Positions 30,331 to 42,930 of a DNA stretch of 64,000 bases are shown one piece after another (positions within the stretch are counted from its first letter, which is position 1; each line of letters opens with the position of its first letter). A model generated the notes under the pieces. It saw nothing but the letters and a program-made list of their open reading frames with translations. It had not been told where the DNA came from and made no database searches. The translations under genes were made by a program, and so were the position numbers. The DNA comes from Eledone cirrhosa (Eukaryota). The DNA lies in NCBI GenBank assembly GCA_964016885.1, contig OZ024740.1:416826001-416890000 (forward strand), written 5' to 3'.

Positions 30331-31429
30331 AGTTTCATAAATTGTTTTCTCTAGGAAACAGTTGAATTTTTTAAATTCTAAAGTAGTTGCTGTTTAGCTC
30401 CAAGACAGCATTGATTAAATAGACATATTACTGTATTCTAGTCATGACCACTCTGTTTTTTTATTTTCAGTTGTAGTGCATATAAGACTAAAGTCTGTCT
30501 CAAAGCTTGTTAGACTGGTGCTTATCCTAGTTTTATGGCATGAAGCGACAGAGTAAAAGACTCCCTCCTGGACAGGACACCAGTCCATCAGAGGGTTAAA
30601 CCCCCAGCTATTGCTGGTACTCATTTACAGCTAAGTATACTGGAGCAATGTGAAATGAAGTGTTTTGCACAAAAACACAACATGCAACTCAGCCCAGGAA
30701 TCATAAGTCCAACAACCTTACCACTAGGCCACATGCCTCCACTAATCTTAGACTACAATATCATTTTTTTAAAGACATTAGATTTTGGTATGAGAATACT
30801 TTTGCTGTTAATGGCACCCCTCCAGTGTATTGTTTTAATGCAGCCCTCTTTTCCTCCCATTTCAGCCATGATTAAGCAAACATGATAAAGACATTCCTGA
30901 CATGACTATCTCATCTTTTCAGAATATCTAGAATCACATGACCCTATATGTCCCTTTTTAAGACCCTAGTAGATATTTGAAGGATATTTGGCTGTTATTT
31001 CTAGCATGTGAAGTGACTGTGTAGAGGTTTCTCACTGCCTTATTGTTGTGTGTTTGTTGTTGTTGCTGTTAATCTTTATATAAACAGACCAATTATTAAA
31101 TGTATTTGAATTGAAACTGTCCCAATTATTTTTATGTGCAGAAAAGCCAGGACCAAATTATCCAAAATGTCAAATTTACAGGAACTATGGTCAGATTTGA
31201 AGAGAATGTGGCCACAATCTACTTCTGTTGATGATGATGATGGTAATGATGATGGCAATAATATTTCTATTGATGTTATTGAGGCATTGATGATTGATGT
31301 TGGTGATGACGATGATGATGGTGATGGCGATGGCACTGTTGGTGATGATGATGATGGTGATGATGATGATGATGATGATGATGATGGTGACAATGATGAC
31401 TAGTGTGTATATTCTTCAAGTCTCCTCAC

Positions 31430-31467
31430 CTTACAATGCAGTGAGTGTTCAATCGATTTCTCACTAT
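31430..31467 (-). CDS. Exon B2 (38 nt): IVRNRLNTHCIV(S)
   Basis: Acceptor ttgttttccag, donor gtgagg. In frame between A2 and C2. Confidence 0.8.
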
Positions 31468-32975
31468 CTGGAAAACAAATATATATTCTTTTAAAACAGG
31501 AATATCATTTAGAGCAGAGGTTCTTAGTGTGGGCATTACCACCCCCCAGGGGGCATTGAGAAGAGAAGGTCCAGGGGTCACTGGGGCCTAAGAGGGTGGT
31601 GGTAGGGGTAGTAGAGATGATGATGAACATCATCATCATCATCACCGTTTTACATCCGTTCTTCCACGCTAGCATGGGTTAGACGGGTTGTCCTGTTGTG
31701 GGCAGTGTCCGGTCGGCTGACCTTGTCTTGCTCATACGGGAACTGATTCTGGCTTCATTTCTACAGCGGGTGGGGGCATATTGTCAATATGCTTTAGCTT
31801 CGGCTTGTACCCGTGGGAAGTCGGGTCTTCTGTATGATATAATAGTATACATGTATGATATAATAGTATATTAAATATCAAATGATACATATTATATATA
31901 AATATAGTAAAATAAAAAATAAACAATATTTATTTATATATAGTATCACCTTGACCATCTTGACCGACCAGTCTGTCGGGCACCATTCGGCACTGCTGGT
32001 CACAGCACATTGCTGCTTTAGCCATACGATGACGCCATCCCACTGGCTGGGCGGGCAGGCCATAAGTCTAAAGTCTGTCTTAAGCCAGAAGGCTCATTTG
32101 GCTGGTGCTTATCCCAGCTTCATGGCGTGAAGCGACTGAGAGCACAAGACTCCTCCCTGGACAGGATGTTAAACCTCCAGCTATTGCTGGTACTCATTTT
32201 CAGCTGAGTAAACTGGAGCAACGTGAAATAAAGTGTCTTGCTCAAGGAAACAACAAATCACCCGGTCCAAGAATTGAACTCACAACCTTTCGATTGCAAG
32301 CCCAATGCTCTAACCATTAAGCCATGTGCCTTTATTTATACATAGTATATATTATATTATTTATTATATATCAGTTAATGATTTTATTTATTATATATTA
32401 TTTACAATTTGTGTGTAGGCAGGTCTCTCTGGAAATAGGGTTAGCAAGAAGAGAATCTTAACATTTGAGACACAATATATGTATGTGTATATGTGTGTAT
32501 GTATGTATGCTTGTATGTATGCAGTGTATGTATATGTGTGTATGTATATATGTATTTGTATAATCTCATACATAGAGCAAAGATCATTTGAATAACCAAA
32601 CAATATGTTTTATTCACACCAGAGCAATTTTCCGTTTATCAAAATAACTTATTTGACATTATACAAGATCTACTGATGGTACATCATATACCATCACCTT
32701 TCTTCTAAAATTACCTGTAAACATCATAAACAGGTGAAATTCCAGAATAACAAAATTGACGGAGTATAAAAAAGAATTTGTAAAAGAAGCTTTGTTATGA
32801 AAATGCTGCTACACATTTGCCTGATGCTCTACCGGTTATGTGAATGAATTTCATTATAATGAGACTATTTCAGCATTTTTTTAATAGGTTTATTAAATTA
32901 ATTCTCTTCCTTGCTATTAAGTTAGACATGGTCTGGGCCAACACTAGCCAAAAGTTATCAAAGTTATTAACAAAC

Positions 32976-33062
32976 CTCTATCCTTTCACAGGTTCTACCA
33001 AAATATGGCGATTTACACTGGCACTGATTTCCTATACAGTTACCATGTCCATTGCAGAGTCG
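32976..33062 (-). CDS. Exon A2 (87 nt): RLCNGHGNCIGNQCQCKSPYFGRTCERIE
   Basis: Acceptor gttttttgcag, donor gtttgt. Paralog of A1 and A3. Confidence 0.9.
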
Positions 33063-33278
33063 CTGCAAAAAACATTGCATAGAAATAAGAAACTGAAGAA
33101 GTGGTGAGTAACAGAAGGAATGGATTGACAATTATCATAAACACCCAAACATAAAGAAGGATGGTAATGATGGTAGAAGGATACATATTTGTCTATCTCA
33201 ATAATAAATGAATCAATTCTTTAAAGTATACAACAATTTCCTAGTTTTCTTCAAGTCATCTGTATCTTCTTATAAATA

Positions 33279-33656
33279 CAAGGGCCAGCTAAAAAGTTGA
33301 TAGGCTGACTATGAAGGAGTGATGCTAGAGCTGTGAAATCTTGCTTGCATTAATTTCAACTCTTGGTGGTGGATTGGCATTATCGGTAGAGGGTCGGATG
33401 CCATGCTTTGCAGCAAAGAGTTACGGCCCTTTATAGTCTGTGTTCAAATCCCGCTGAAGTTAACTTTGCCTTTCATCCTTACGGGGTCGATAAAATAAAG
33501 TACCAGTAACACACTGGGTAATTACTGGCCTTGTGCCAAAAGTAGAAACAATTAATTTCAACTCTTCTTATTAATAACTGCCTTGTTTCTTTCCAGTGAC
33601 TATACTGAATAGTAAACCTCATTTGGTCATTCCATAAACTTTTCAGTTGACCCTTG
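33279..33656. mobile_element. Tc1/mariner-like MITE with TA target duplication and a nested SINE
   Basis: TA|caagggccagctaaaaagtt ... aacttttcagttgacccttg|TA. The inner SINE (about 33365-33550) is flanked by the 16 bp duplication attaatttcaactctt. Confidence 0.75.
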
Positions 33657-33747
33657 TAAGACTAAACTAACATTGAAATTGAAATTTTAACAAATAAGAC
33701 ATTAGTAAATCCCAAATGTAACATGAGGTATGCTAAATATCCTTGAG

Positions 33748-33962
33748 TAACCCTTTAGCATTTAAACCGGCTGTATCTGGCCATCATTTTCTCACCTCTT
33801 TCTGTTCAAACCGACCACAACCAGCTGCTCATACTTATGTTACAGTATTGTTCTTAAAATAAATGATATCAAAATCTCAGAGAGTCGATATTATATGAGA
33901 TAAAGTGTTTACTGTGAAAATATAATAGTAAATATAGAGTAATGTAAATGGTAAAGGGTTAA
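33748..33962 (-). mobile_element. piggyBac-like MITE copy
   Basis: taaccctttagcattta...taaatggtaaagggttaa; same family as 38581. Confidence 0.75.
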
Positions 33963-34406
33963 GGTAACAGTGTTCCTTGCCAACTAAGACTATTTATGGA
34001 AGATAAAGAAAGTACAAGAGCTCTGAAATAGAAATATTATGGCAGTATGGTAGAAGAAGAGTAAAAAAGATAATATACTGCTGATAACTGAAAGAAAATA
34101 AACAATGAATATATATATTTTTTTTTTTTATGCTTTAGAAATTGAAATATAACAATCTGCTTATAATAGTGAGAGATGGGGATAGCAGGAGAGACAGAGG
34201 CAGAGACAGTGGGGCTTTGGTTCCTTTGTGTTCAGGTGTATATGTTTCATAGACGCATACTCACACTGAGGCAGTGTAGTTAGTCACCAGCTTAATAAGT
34301 TACATTACTAAATCCCTCTAAATTCTTGATTCTTTCAAATGTTTTAAATATATACATAAATAACTAATCTTAGTTCACATTGACAAATGAACACTTACAA
34401 TAAACA

Positions 34407-35274
34407 GGGTTATTCCATATCAAATCACCCAGTTTCAGTAAAATTTCCCAGGTCACCCCCTCAGATCCCCCTGAAAAAAATCATACTAGCTCCTGTACCT
34501 ATATGATGGAAAAATATCAAGTATTAGGTCGATATCTTTGATAGTTTTGAAACTGTAGGCCTTTAAAATATTAATTAATTATACATTTGTTTACAAATGA
34601 GCCTCTCGGACCAACTTGAGATAGCCATTTCTCCTCTAATAAGGTAAACAGAACTTTGAAATTATGTGTTTTGGGATAACTTTTTCTGCAGAGTTCAAAT
34701 ATCTTATCAAATCAAGTGTATCTTGTATATTTCTCCATCTACAGGCCTCTGAGAATTGCCAAGAATTAAACATACAGCAAATGTAGGCATCTTTTAGGTA
34801 TTTCTATCTCAATAGGTACACTAGATAAAGTGACCACAATTGTTTTCCTGTTACTTAGCATATAGTAGACCATTTCTGAGCAGTAACTATGTTAGTTACT
34901 ATTATGGGAGTGTCAGAATAAGTTTTGAGATATGTGCGAGTTCAAAAATTACCCATTTGAAGCCCTTAGTTGACTATGTGGGCAGTTCACTATCGTTTTC
35001 AAATTTTTACCATGCATTTTTATACTTCTGAAGATGATATGACAGAAATTTGGTTTTGTTGCTGAGCTTCTTTTCATAGTTGTGAATTTTTAGAAATTCA
35101 GTTGCCAGCACTTTGTGCAGGATCAACTTATTCATATAAAATAGCATGTTGCATGCCAGTGAACGGTGTCCTGGGAAAAAGGCATTACAAGGTTCAGGAG
35201 GTAGTATGAATTTTTTCAGGGATATCTGAGGGGGTGATCTGGGACTCTCTGGGTGATTTGAAATGGAATGACCC
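34407..35274. mobile_element. Non-autonomous DNA transposon with about 85 bp imperfect TIRs and a 4 bp TSD (AACA); superfamily uncertain (possibly Sola-like)
   Basis: gggttattccatatcaaatcacccag..ccccctcagat versus atctgagggggtg..ctgggtgatttgaaatggaatgaccc. AACA lies on both flanks. Confidence 0.7.
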
Positions 35275-35861
35275 AACAGTGTTATAATCTAGTTCTTCCT
35301 TTTTACAGTAAAATCTTCTCCTAGTCTTCTCTAACATACAGAAACAGAAAATGAGAACTATAAAGAAAGTGTTATTTCTAATAATATTAACTGTAAAATA
35401 CAGTGGAACTTCCGTTTAGAAACTAATTCATTCCTGAAGGCCATTCGTCATCCTAAATGTTCGTAAACTGAAACTATTTTTTCTATATGAATTGTTGAGA
35501 GAGAAATACAGTGAGAGAGAGAGAGAGAGACTGTGTGTGAAAGACAGATATAAATCACCATAATAATTATCTACAACCCATGCTAGCATGGAAGATGGAC
35601 GTTAAACGATGATGATGATGATGATGATGACAAGTGATGCTTTCCTGCCAACACATCCAGCTTGTTGCTACTGTTGTTGCCAGCTTGTGTATTTATTACT
35701 AGAGAGACTGTTCGTGAACTGAGAGGTGTTGGTGAACTGAGGTTCCACTGTATGTGATAAATGTTTACCATAGATATATAACATTTAAATTAGATTATGG
35801 ATAATATTATATTTAAATATAATTATATATAAAATATATGATATAATGAAAATCTACTTAC

Positions 35862-35971
35862 TCCACTTGGTGAAAGACAGTTCTGAGTGCTTAAGCTAGT
35901 TTCACAGGCTTTCCCACTATATTGCTTATGGCAAGCACATTTACCACAATAACAGGCACCATGCTTAACAC
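35862..35971 (-). CDS. Exon E1 (110 nt, phase 1-0): VKHGACYCGKCACHKQYSGKACETSLSTQNCLSPSG
   Basis: Acceptor attttgcag, donor gtaagt. HGxCxCGxCxC I-EGF3 motif. Confidence 0.9.
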
Positions 35972-36789
35972 CTGCAAAATAAACCTCTTACATTTTAGAT
36001 TATATTTTCATTTTGGTTCAATATTTCTTTCTGTATTGTAATTTGTACTACCTTGTCAATTGAGAAACACATGGGGACTTATTAATTGTGACTTCGATTA
36101 CAACAATGAATATCTTAAACCTCTCCAGCTCTGTTGTCTTTCTGAAAAATGTGTGCACGTGTGCATTGATGTTCTCTCTCTTTCACTCACTGCCTCCGTC
36201 TCTCTCGCTCTCCCCATCTCTCACTATTATATTAGAGGGTTGGACACCATGCTTTGCAGCAAAGAGTTACGGCCCTTTATGGTCTGAGTTCAAATCCCTC
36301 CGAGGTTAACTTTGCCTTTCATCCTTAAGGAGTCGATAAAATAAAGTACCAGTAATACACTGGTTTAATTGCTGGCCTTGTGCCAAAAGTAGAAACAATT
36401 ATATGCAAATGAGGGCCCATGTGCTAGCCGCCCCTCAGTTCTAGCAGACAGAATAGAGAAGGTATTTCCCCGGAGGATGGTGAGAGAGATGCATTGGAAG
36501 AGCCATTCCAACTTGCGAAGCTTACACCTGCGAGTAGACAACTCAGTGTCGATGGTGGTGAGTGGGGAGGTGGTCCCTAGGGCCAAGAACACCAGTACTA
36601 AATTTAATTATTACTTAGTTTCTGCCACCCTCAGAGTCTTTCATCTCACCTTCTGTTATAGTTTCACATGTATGGATGACTGGAGAAATGTAGACAAAAA
36701 TATTCTTACATATATATTTTTGGCACAAGAGCAAATTGACAGAGAACATATGTGAGATGTAAGCATGCTACCCATTTGAGTACTGGACA

Positions 36790-37150
36790 AAAAGCATCTA
36801 GTCCACCTTGTAAATTGGTTGTGATGGTGACACATCAAAAAACGCTCAGTCCACCCTGTAAGGTAATCATGCTGGTGGTACAACAAAAAGTACCCAGTCC
36901 ACACTGTAAGAGGGTTGCGCTAATTGCACGACAAAAAGCGCTCAGTTCACCCTGTAAAGTGGTCATGCTGGTGGCATGAGAGAAAGCACCCTGTCCACCC
37001 TGTAAAGTGGTTGTGCTGGTGACACAACAAAAAGCACACAATTCAGCTTCTAAGGAGATCATACTAGTGGCACGACAAAAAGCACCCCGTTCACCCTGTA
37101 AAGTGGTCATGCTGGTGACATGACAAAAAGCACCCAGTCCACTCATGTAA
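36790..37150. repeat. Degenerate about 48 bp tandem array from the same RTE/SINE 3' UTR subrepeat
   Basis: Repeated acaaaaagcacccagtccaccctgtaaagtggt units, followed by gttaggaaggacatccagctgtag. Confidence 0.75.
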
Positions 37151-37254
37151 TAAGATTGATGTTAGGAAGGACATCCAGCTGTAGAAGCCAAGCTGCAAAA
37201 ATATAGACCCATATGAGAAAGACACTAGCATGAGTTAGATTTATATATATATAT

Positions 37255-37285
<31 letters not shown>

Positions 37286-37306
37286 CATATAACATATATA
37301 TATACA

Positions 37307-38008
37307 TAGCTTGCATCTTCCGATGGATGTTTAATAGTAACATACACAAACGGCAAAGCATAAACAAGTTGAGAGAGAGACTGAGCATAAGAGGAATCAA
37401 ATGCTGTGTAGGGGAGAGGAGGCTGCATTGGTATGGGCATGTGATGCGTATGAAGAATGACAGCTGCATAAAAAGTTGCAGAGCACTAGAAATCGATGCA
37501 AGCTACGGAGAGGGGAGACCCAAGAAGACCTGGGATGAGGTGATAAAAGCCGACCTTATTCAATTGCACCCCTCAAGGGCGATGACACATGACCGTGACC
37601 TCTGGCGTCACGCAGTAATACAGAAGACCCGACTTCCCACGGGTACAAGCCGAACCTGAAGTATATAGACAATATGCCCCCACCTCCTCCCACTGCAAAG
37701 TGGTCGTGGAAGTGCCACGGCAAAAAAAAGCCCACACTGTAAAGTGGACATGTAGGCACCACAGAAAAAAGCACCCAGCACTCACTGTAAAGTGGACATG
37801 TAGGTGCCACAGAAAAAAGCACCGAGCACTCACTGTAAATGAGGTTGGTGTTAGGAAGGGCATCCAGCTGTAGAAATCAAGCCCAAATCAGTTCCTGTAT
37901 GAGCAAGACAAGGTCAGCCGACTGGGCACTGCGCACAACAGGACAACCCGTCTAACCCATGCTAGCGTGGAAGAACAGATGTAAAACAGTGATGATGATG
38001 ATGATGAA
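37307..38008 (+). mobile_element. RTE LINE 3' fragment (subfamily of the 10251 copy)
   Basis: [34 protein letters not shown], then 3' UTR and (GAT)n tail. The 5' end abuts (TA)n. Confidence 0.9.
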
Positions 38009-38387
38009 GATATATATCATCATCATCATGTAACATCCATTTTTCCATGCTTGCAAGTGTTAAATGGGTTGTCATATTATGAGACAATTCAGGTCAAGAA
38101 ACTACATTATGCAAATACAGATCTGTATTTTGGCTTAGTTTCTACAACTAGATGCCCTGCCTAACACCAACCATATTACATGCACACACAAGCATACGCA
38201 GATATATATTGAATTAAAGAGAAAAACATAGCTGTGTGGTTAAGAATTTCACTCTACATTCACATGACTCAGGGTCAATACCATTTCACAGTTGCACAGT
38301 AACTTTGTAAACTTGTTTATAAGGGGAGCTTATAAATTGACCATATTGAAAGAGAAATAAGAAAGATATTGTTACCACATTATGTAC

Positions 38388-38469
38388 CTCCACAAATCTT
38401 CCCATTAGAAGTAGAACAACTGGTATCATCACATCCACAATACATTCCGCTGTATGCTTTATTAGTCCT
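38388..38469 (-). CDS. Exon D1 (82 nt, phase 0-1): RTNKAYSGMYCGCDDTSCSTSNGKICG(G)
   Basis: Acceptor tctag, donor gtacat. Matches the integrin beta YSGxxCECDxxxC...NGxICGG signature. Confidence 0.88.
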
Positions 38470-38580
38470 CTAGATTTAATATAAAAAATACAAATGTTTA
38501 GTAAAATTTCTTTTAGTAACAGTTGTCTAAAATTTAATGTAAAAAAACTAATATTTATAATTTTTTTAGTAAAACCTATT

Positions 38581-38788
38581 TTAACCCTTTAACATTTACA
38601 TTACTCTATATTTACTATTGTATTTTCACAGTAAAGGCTTTATTTCACATAATCATCTCACATAATATCGAATCTACAAGATTTTGATATTATTTATTTT
38701 GAGAAGAATACCTTAATATAAGTATGAGCAGCTGGTTATGACTGGTTTGAACAGAAAGAGATAAGAGAATTCTGGCCGGATACGGCGG
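38581..38788 (+). mobile_element. piggyBac-like MITE, intact unit
   Basis: ttaaccctttaacattta...tagatgctaaaaggttaa. Confidence 0.75.
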
Positions 38789-39092
38789 GTTTAGATGCTA
38801 AAAGGTTAATAGCATTCATGCAGTTTTTAAAATGATGGAACTCATCATTATTGTGACAACTGTTGAATATTCCTGACCAAGTCTCACCACAATTCACGAT
38901 TCTCCATTGCTCCTGACAACTGCTCCCTACTAAGGTTTGTAGCAATTCTGAAGAACACCAAACTAATGGGCACCAAGCCTTAAATATACAATGAAAGACT
39001 TTAATACTTAATATATAACAGCAACAATAGGTCATCAAAGACCAAGTCAGCGCTTAATCAGAGCTACCTCTCAGAAAAATTTATATATACAA

Positions 39093-39262
39093 TAATTGTT
39101 TCTACTTTTGGCACAAGGCCAGCAATTACCCAGTGCATTACTGGTACTTTATTTTATCGGCCCCGTAAGGATGAAAGACAAAGTTAATCTCGGCGGGATT
39201 TGAACTCAGATCATAAAGGGCCGTAACTCTATGCATCAAAGCTACCGATACTGCCAATCCAC
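39093..39262 (-). mobile_element. tRNA-derived SINE with Nin-like domain (copies also at about 730-820, 21080-21200, 30020-30205, 33365-33550, 36233-36400, 43430-43640, 46608-46890)
   Basis: Family has B-box gagttcaaatccc followed by gcctttcatccttacggggtcgataaaataaagtaccag and a 3' end ccttgtgccaaaagtagaaacaatt. Confidence 0.8.
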
Positions 39263-39534
39263 CTAATGGAAATTATTGTGTACAGTTATCAGGTGCACAT
39301 CAAAGGTGCATTTATAGTACACAGAATAATGTACAAATGTCAGGAAATGTCTTGCTCATATAGAACTGTTTCTGGCTTGGTTTCTACAGCTGGATGCCCT
39401 TCCTAATGACAACCACATTTACAGTGTGTGCTGGGTGATTTTTATTGTGGCACCAAGATGACAACTTTAGAGTGTGGGGTGGGCACATTTTGTGACACCT
39501 ACACGACCACTTTACAGCATATATAAGTATATAT

Positions 39535-39898
39535 CATCATCATCATCATCATTTCATTTTACGTCCGCTTTTTCCCTGCTTGCAAGGGTGGGACGGGAAC
39601 TGATTTTGCCTTGATTTCTACAGCTGGATGCCCTTCCTAACACCAACCTCATTTACACGGCAAAAAAGCACCCAGCACTCGCTGGCTGCTTTTTTGCCGT
39701 GGAACCTGCATGACCACTTTGCAGTGGAATGATATGGACCCCAGTCCCTATCATCTCATTTCTACAGCTGAGTAAACTGGAGTAATGTGAAATAAAGTGT
39801 CTTGCTCAAGGAAACAACACATCACCCGGTCTGAGAATTGAACTCACAACCTTTCGATTGCAAGGCCAATGCTCTAAACACTAAGCCATGTGCCTCCA
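39535..39898 (-). mobile_element. tRNA-headed SINE sharing its 3' end with the RTE LINE
   Basis: Head with A-box-like tggcttagtg and B-box gagttcaattc, then ccttgagcaagacact, then RTE-type gttaggaagggcatccagctgtagaaatcaag and (GAT)n. Confidence 0.8.
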
Positions 39899-40006
39899 TC
39901 TATATATATATAACCAAAAGTTAAACAAGGTTCATTGATTAATCAATGAATATAGTTTTACAATAGATTAGAAGCACTCAACAAAAAAAAAGTTTTCTGG
40001 AGTTAT

Positions 40007-40120
40007 TAATATTAATTCAAAATATTAATAAATATAGACATTGAAAGTAATCAAATATATATAATAAAATATATTTGATTACATGAATGTCTATATTTAT
40101 TAATATTTTGAATTAATATA
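40007..40120. repeat. Palindrome; the preceding sequence (about 39915-39990) resembles 3214-3295, which also precedes a palindrome
   Basis: atattaattcaaaatattaataaatatagacatt..gtaatcaaatatat versus atatatttgattac..aatgtctatatttattaatattttgaattaatat. Confidence 0.8.
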
Positions 40121-41435
40121 TATATATATATATATATACATACATACATACATACATACACACACTCATATATATATATATATATATACACATACATACA
40201 CACACTCATATACATATATATATATATACACATACATACACACACTCATATATATATATACGTAGCGGTTCTTGCAGGTGACTGCTAGACCCGGATGAAA
40301 CGAGGACGAAGAATTTCCTTGCGTACCGTTTTGTACCACAGATGCGATCTCACTCTGCCTCGTTAATGTTCAATCAACACCAAAGTTCTACGTTCTGGGC
40401 AATAGAATTGAATCCAACCACCGACAACATAGTTGGATGACCGATAATCAACCTAACCGGAGTACTGTGATCCTTGTGATTTCGAGATATACAACCACTG
40501 ATAGTGTAACGAAGACCAGAAAACCATACTCCATAATATTGAACCAAGTGATTGATTTGTGCGACCAAAATAACACCACACACATATTGAACTAGGAATA
40601 TTGGATCCTCCATCAATGTCCGGGTAAGCACAAATAGATTTCTATCTGCATTGAAATTTACGAACTTGTGCATCTGCTGTGGGGTCAAACACAAATGCAC
40701 ACGACCGCACAGATGAGCGATGGACTATGCCATGTGGGTTGAACTTGCAAGTGAATTGAAGGATGTGTAACTCTGATATACATATTATTTATTATTAAGA
40801 TGTATAAACTTGACACAACTATTATCATCTTATATTCTCTCAACTAATCACATTTGATTATATTTCTCTCTCCCGTTTTCTCCCCCCATATTTATAATAT
40901 TTTTATTTGACAAAATCTGTTTTTTTACATTGTGTTTTTCCCTTTCTAATACTTGCTTATAATTTTTATATATTCTCTATATATTTTTTATATATATTTT
41001 TTTATCTTTATTCTTATTTTCATTTTTATCCTCCTTTATATTTTATCTTATTCTTACTTTTATACCTTATTATAGCGTAATCTTCCCCATGCCTTATTAT
41101 ACATTATTAACTATAGATTATTATTACTCTTATTCCATTTCTAATTACCTCATGTACTTTCTCCTCCGTTATATATATATTTATGCCCTTTGTGTGTGTG
41201 TAGCCTCTGCACACCCTCTGCACCCTACTATCGATGTCACCCCATCTATGGCTCCACGAACCACTCGACTCCCGGGAATGAATATGACCACAGCTAGTAA
41301 ACAAGGACCCACACCCTACCCTCTCGCACCAAAATTAGACTTATTGTCCCCTGCTTTTGCTCTTTACTCTCTTTACTCTTTGTTCTTGAATGTTTGGTTG
41401 GTAGAGTCCATAACACCAATCAAACCCCTTTTATA

Positions 41436-41480
41436 GCTCTGAAGAATCCTACGGTTACGTAAGGAAGAAACATTGTAAGC
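41436..41480 (+). ncRNA. Minimal type I hammerhead-ribozyme-like motif followed by AATAAA
   Basis: GCU-CUGAAGA-A-UCCUACG guua CGU a AGGA-A-GAAA-CAUUG-UA-AGC. Confidence 0.6.
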
Positions 41481-41525
41481 CAATAAAAAATGTTTGATGT
41501 TGTGGACGCTCTTGTGTTCTTTATC

Positions 41526-41566
<41 letters not shown>

Positions 41567-41609
41567 CACACATACATACACACACTCATATATGTATATA
41601 TATATATAC

Positions 41610-42608
41610 AACTTAAAGAATGCCACAGTACTCAAATATGCAGATGACATCAAGCTGTACCTTGAGATAAAAAGGACAGATCCTGAACACTATAGATCTT
41701 GTCTACAATCAGACCTAGACACAATGCAACAATGGATCACAGACTGGCAACTCAAGCTGGCTGTGGACTAGTGCACCACCATGCATTTTGGGAGTAAAAG
41801 CCCAGCGTCCACATACTCCCTCCACAACACTAATATCAAGAAGTCTTCTTGAGAACGTGACCTGAGCATTATTGTCTACAGCAATTTGCGTTGGACGAAG
41901 CACGTCTCTAAAATTGTCAAGAAGGCCGAGAGTGTCTTAGCATCACTCAGCAAGACCTTTGTCAGCCGCTCTCTAGCTATTTATTTAAAGCTGTACATGG
42001 CTATGGTGCGGCCACACTTAGAATTTGCATCACCAGTCTGGAACCCCTATCTTGCTCAGAACATAGACCACCTGGAAACTGTCCAGAGACATGCAACCAA
42101 GCGAATACCCTCCATCAGGCAACTACCATACTCTGAACGCCTTGCTTCCCTGGGAATGGATACATTGAAGCTCCGACGTCTGGCAACTGACTTGGTAAAC
42201 ACCCACAAAATTATTAACCATCTTGCCAACAACAACCCTGAGTACCTTTTTGATTTCCATGTGTCTAACACACGTGGGCATGCCCACAAAGTCAGAAAAC
42301 AGCACAGTTCCCATGACTTTCGGAAACATTTTTTCATGCTCATAGTTGCTGAAGTATGGAACAAACTACTTGCATCGGTTGTTAGCTGTCGAGACACTGC
42401 ATCCTTTAAAACCTCCATGCTTCCTGAGATTTGCCAACATTACACCTAATATTCCCCCTCCATACACACGCACACATGTATATCATGACTCATACAATAT
42501 TCACTTCCCTGACATTTGTATATTATTCTATGTACTATACATGCACCTTTGATGAGTTGTAGTGCACCTGAGCACTTTACACAATAATTTCATTATTATT
42601 ATTATTAT
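41610..42608 (+). mobile_element. Degenerate 5'-truncated CR1/L2-group LINE
   Basis: KYADDIKLY..LQSDLD..W...WQL, LY..MVRPHLEFASPVWNPY, LETVQRHATK, TRGH..K, FF..V..WNKL. In-frame stops and an (ATT)n tail. Confidence 0.9.
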
Positions 42609-42630
42609 TTTATACATACATACATACACA

Positions 42631-42724
<94 letters not shown>

Positions 42725-42860
42725 GAAAGAGAGAGAGAGAGAAGAAAATTATTTTTAGTAATCATCATCATCACTGTTTTACATCCATTTTCCATGAGTG
42801 GTGATATAAAAAGTGTTTTACAAATTGCTTTATCAAATTTAATAGGAAATTAATACTTAC

Positions 42861-42930
42861 TGGTATATTATTGCAGTGACAATAACCTTGTTCACACTTG
42901 CCTCTGTTTGAGCAGATATCTGTTGTACCA
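42861..42930 (-). CDS. Exon C1 (70 nt, phase 2-0): GTTDICSNRGKCEQGYCHCNNIP
   Basis: Acceptor tttgctttag, donor gtaagt. ICSNRGxC motif typical of integrin beta I-EGF2. Confidence 0.9.

Noticed and set aside
31134-31403. Asp-rich ORF
   Set aside because: Degenerate (GAT)n microsatellite inside intron B2-C2, on the strand opposite the gene.
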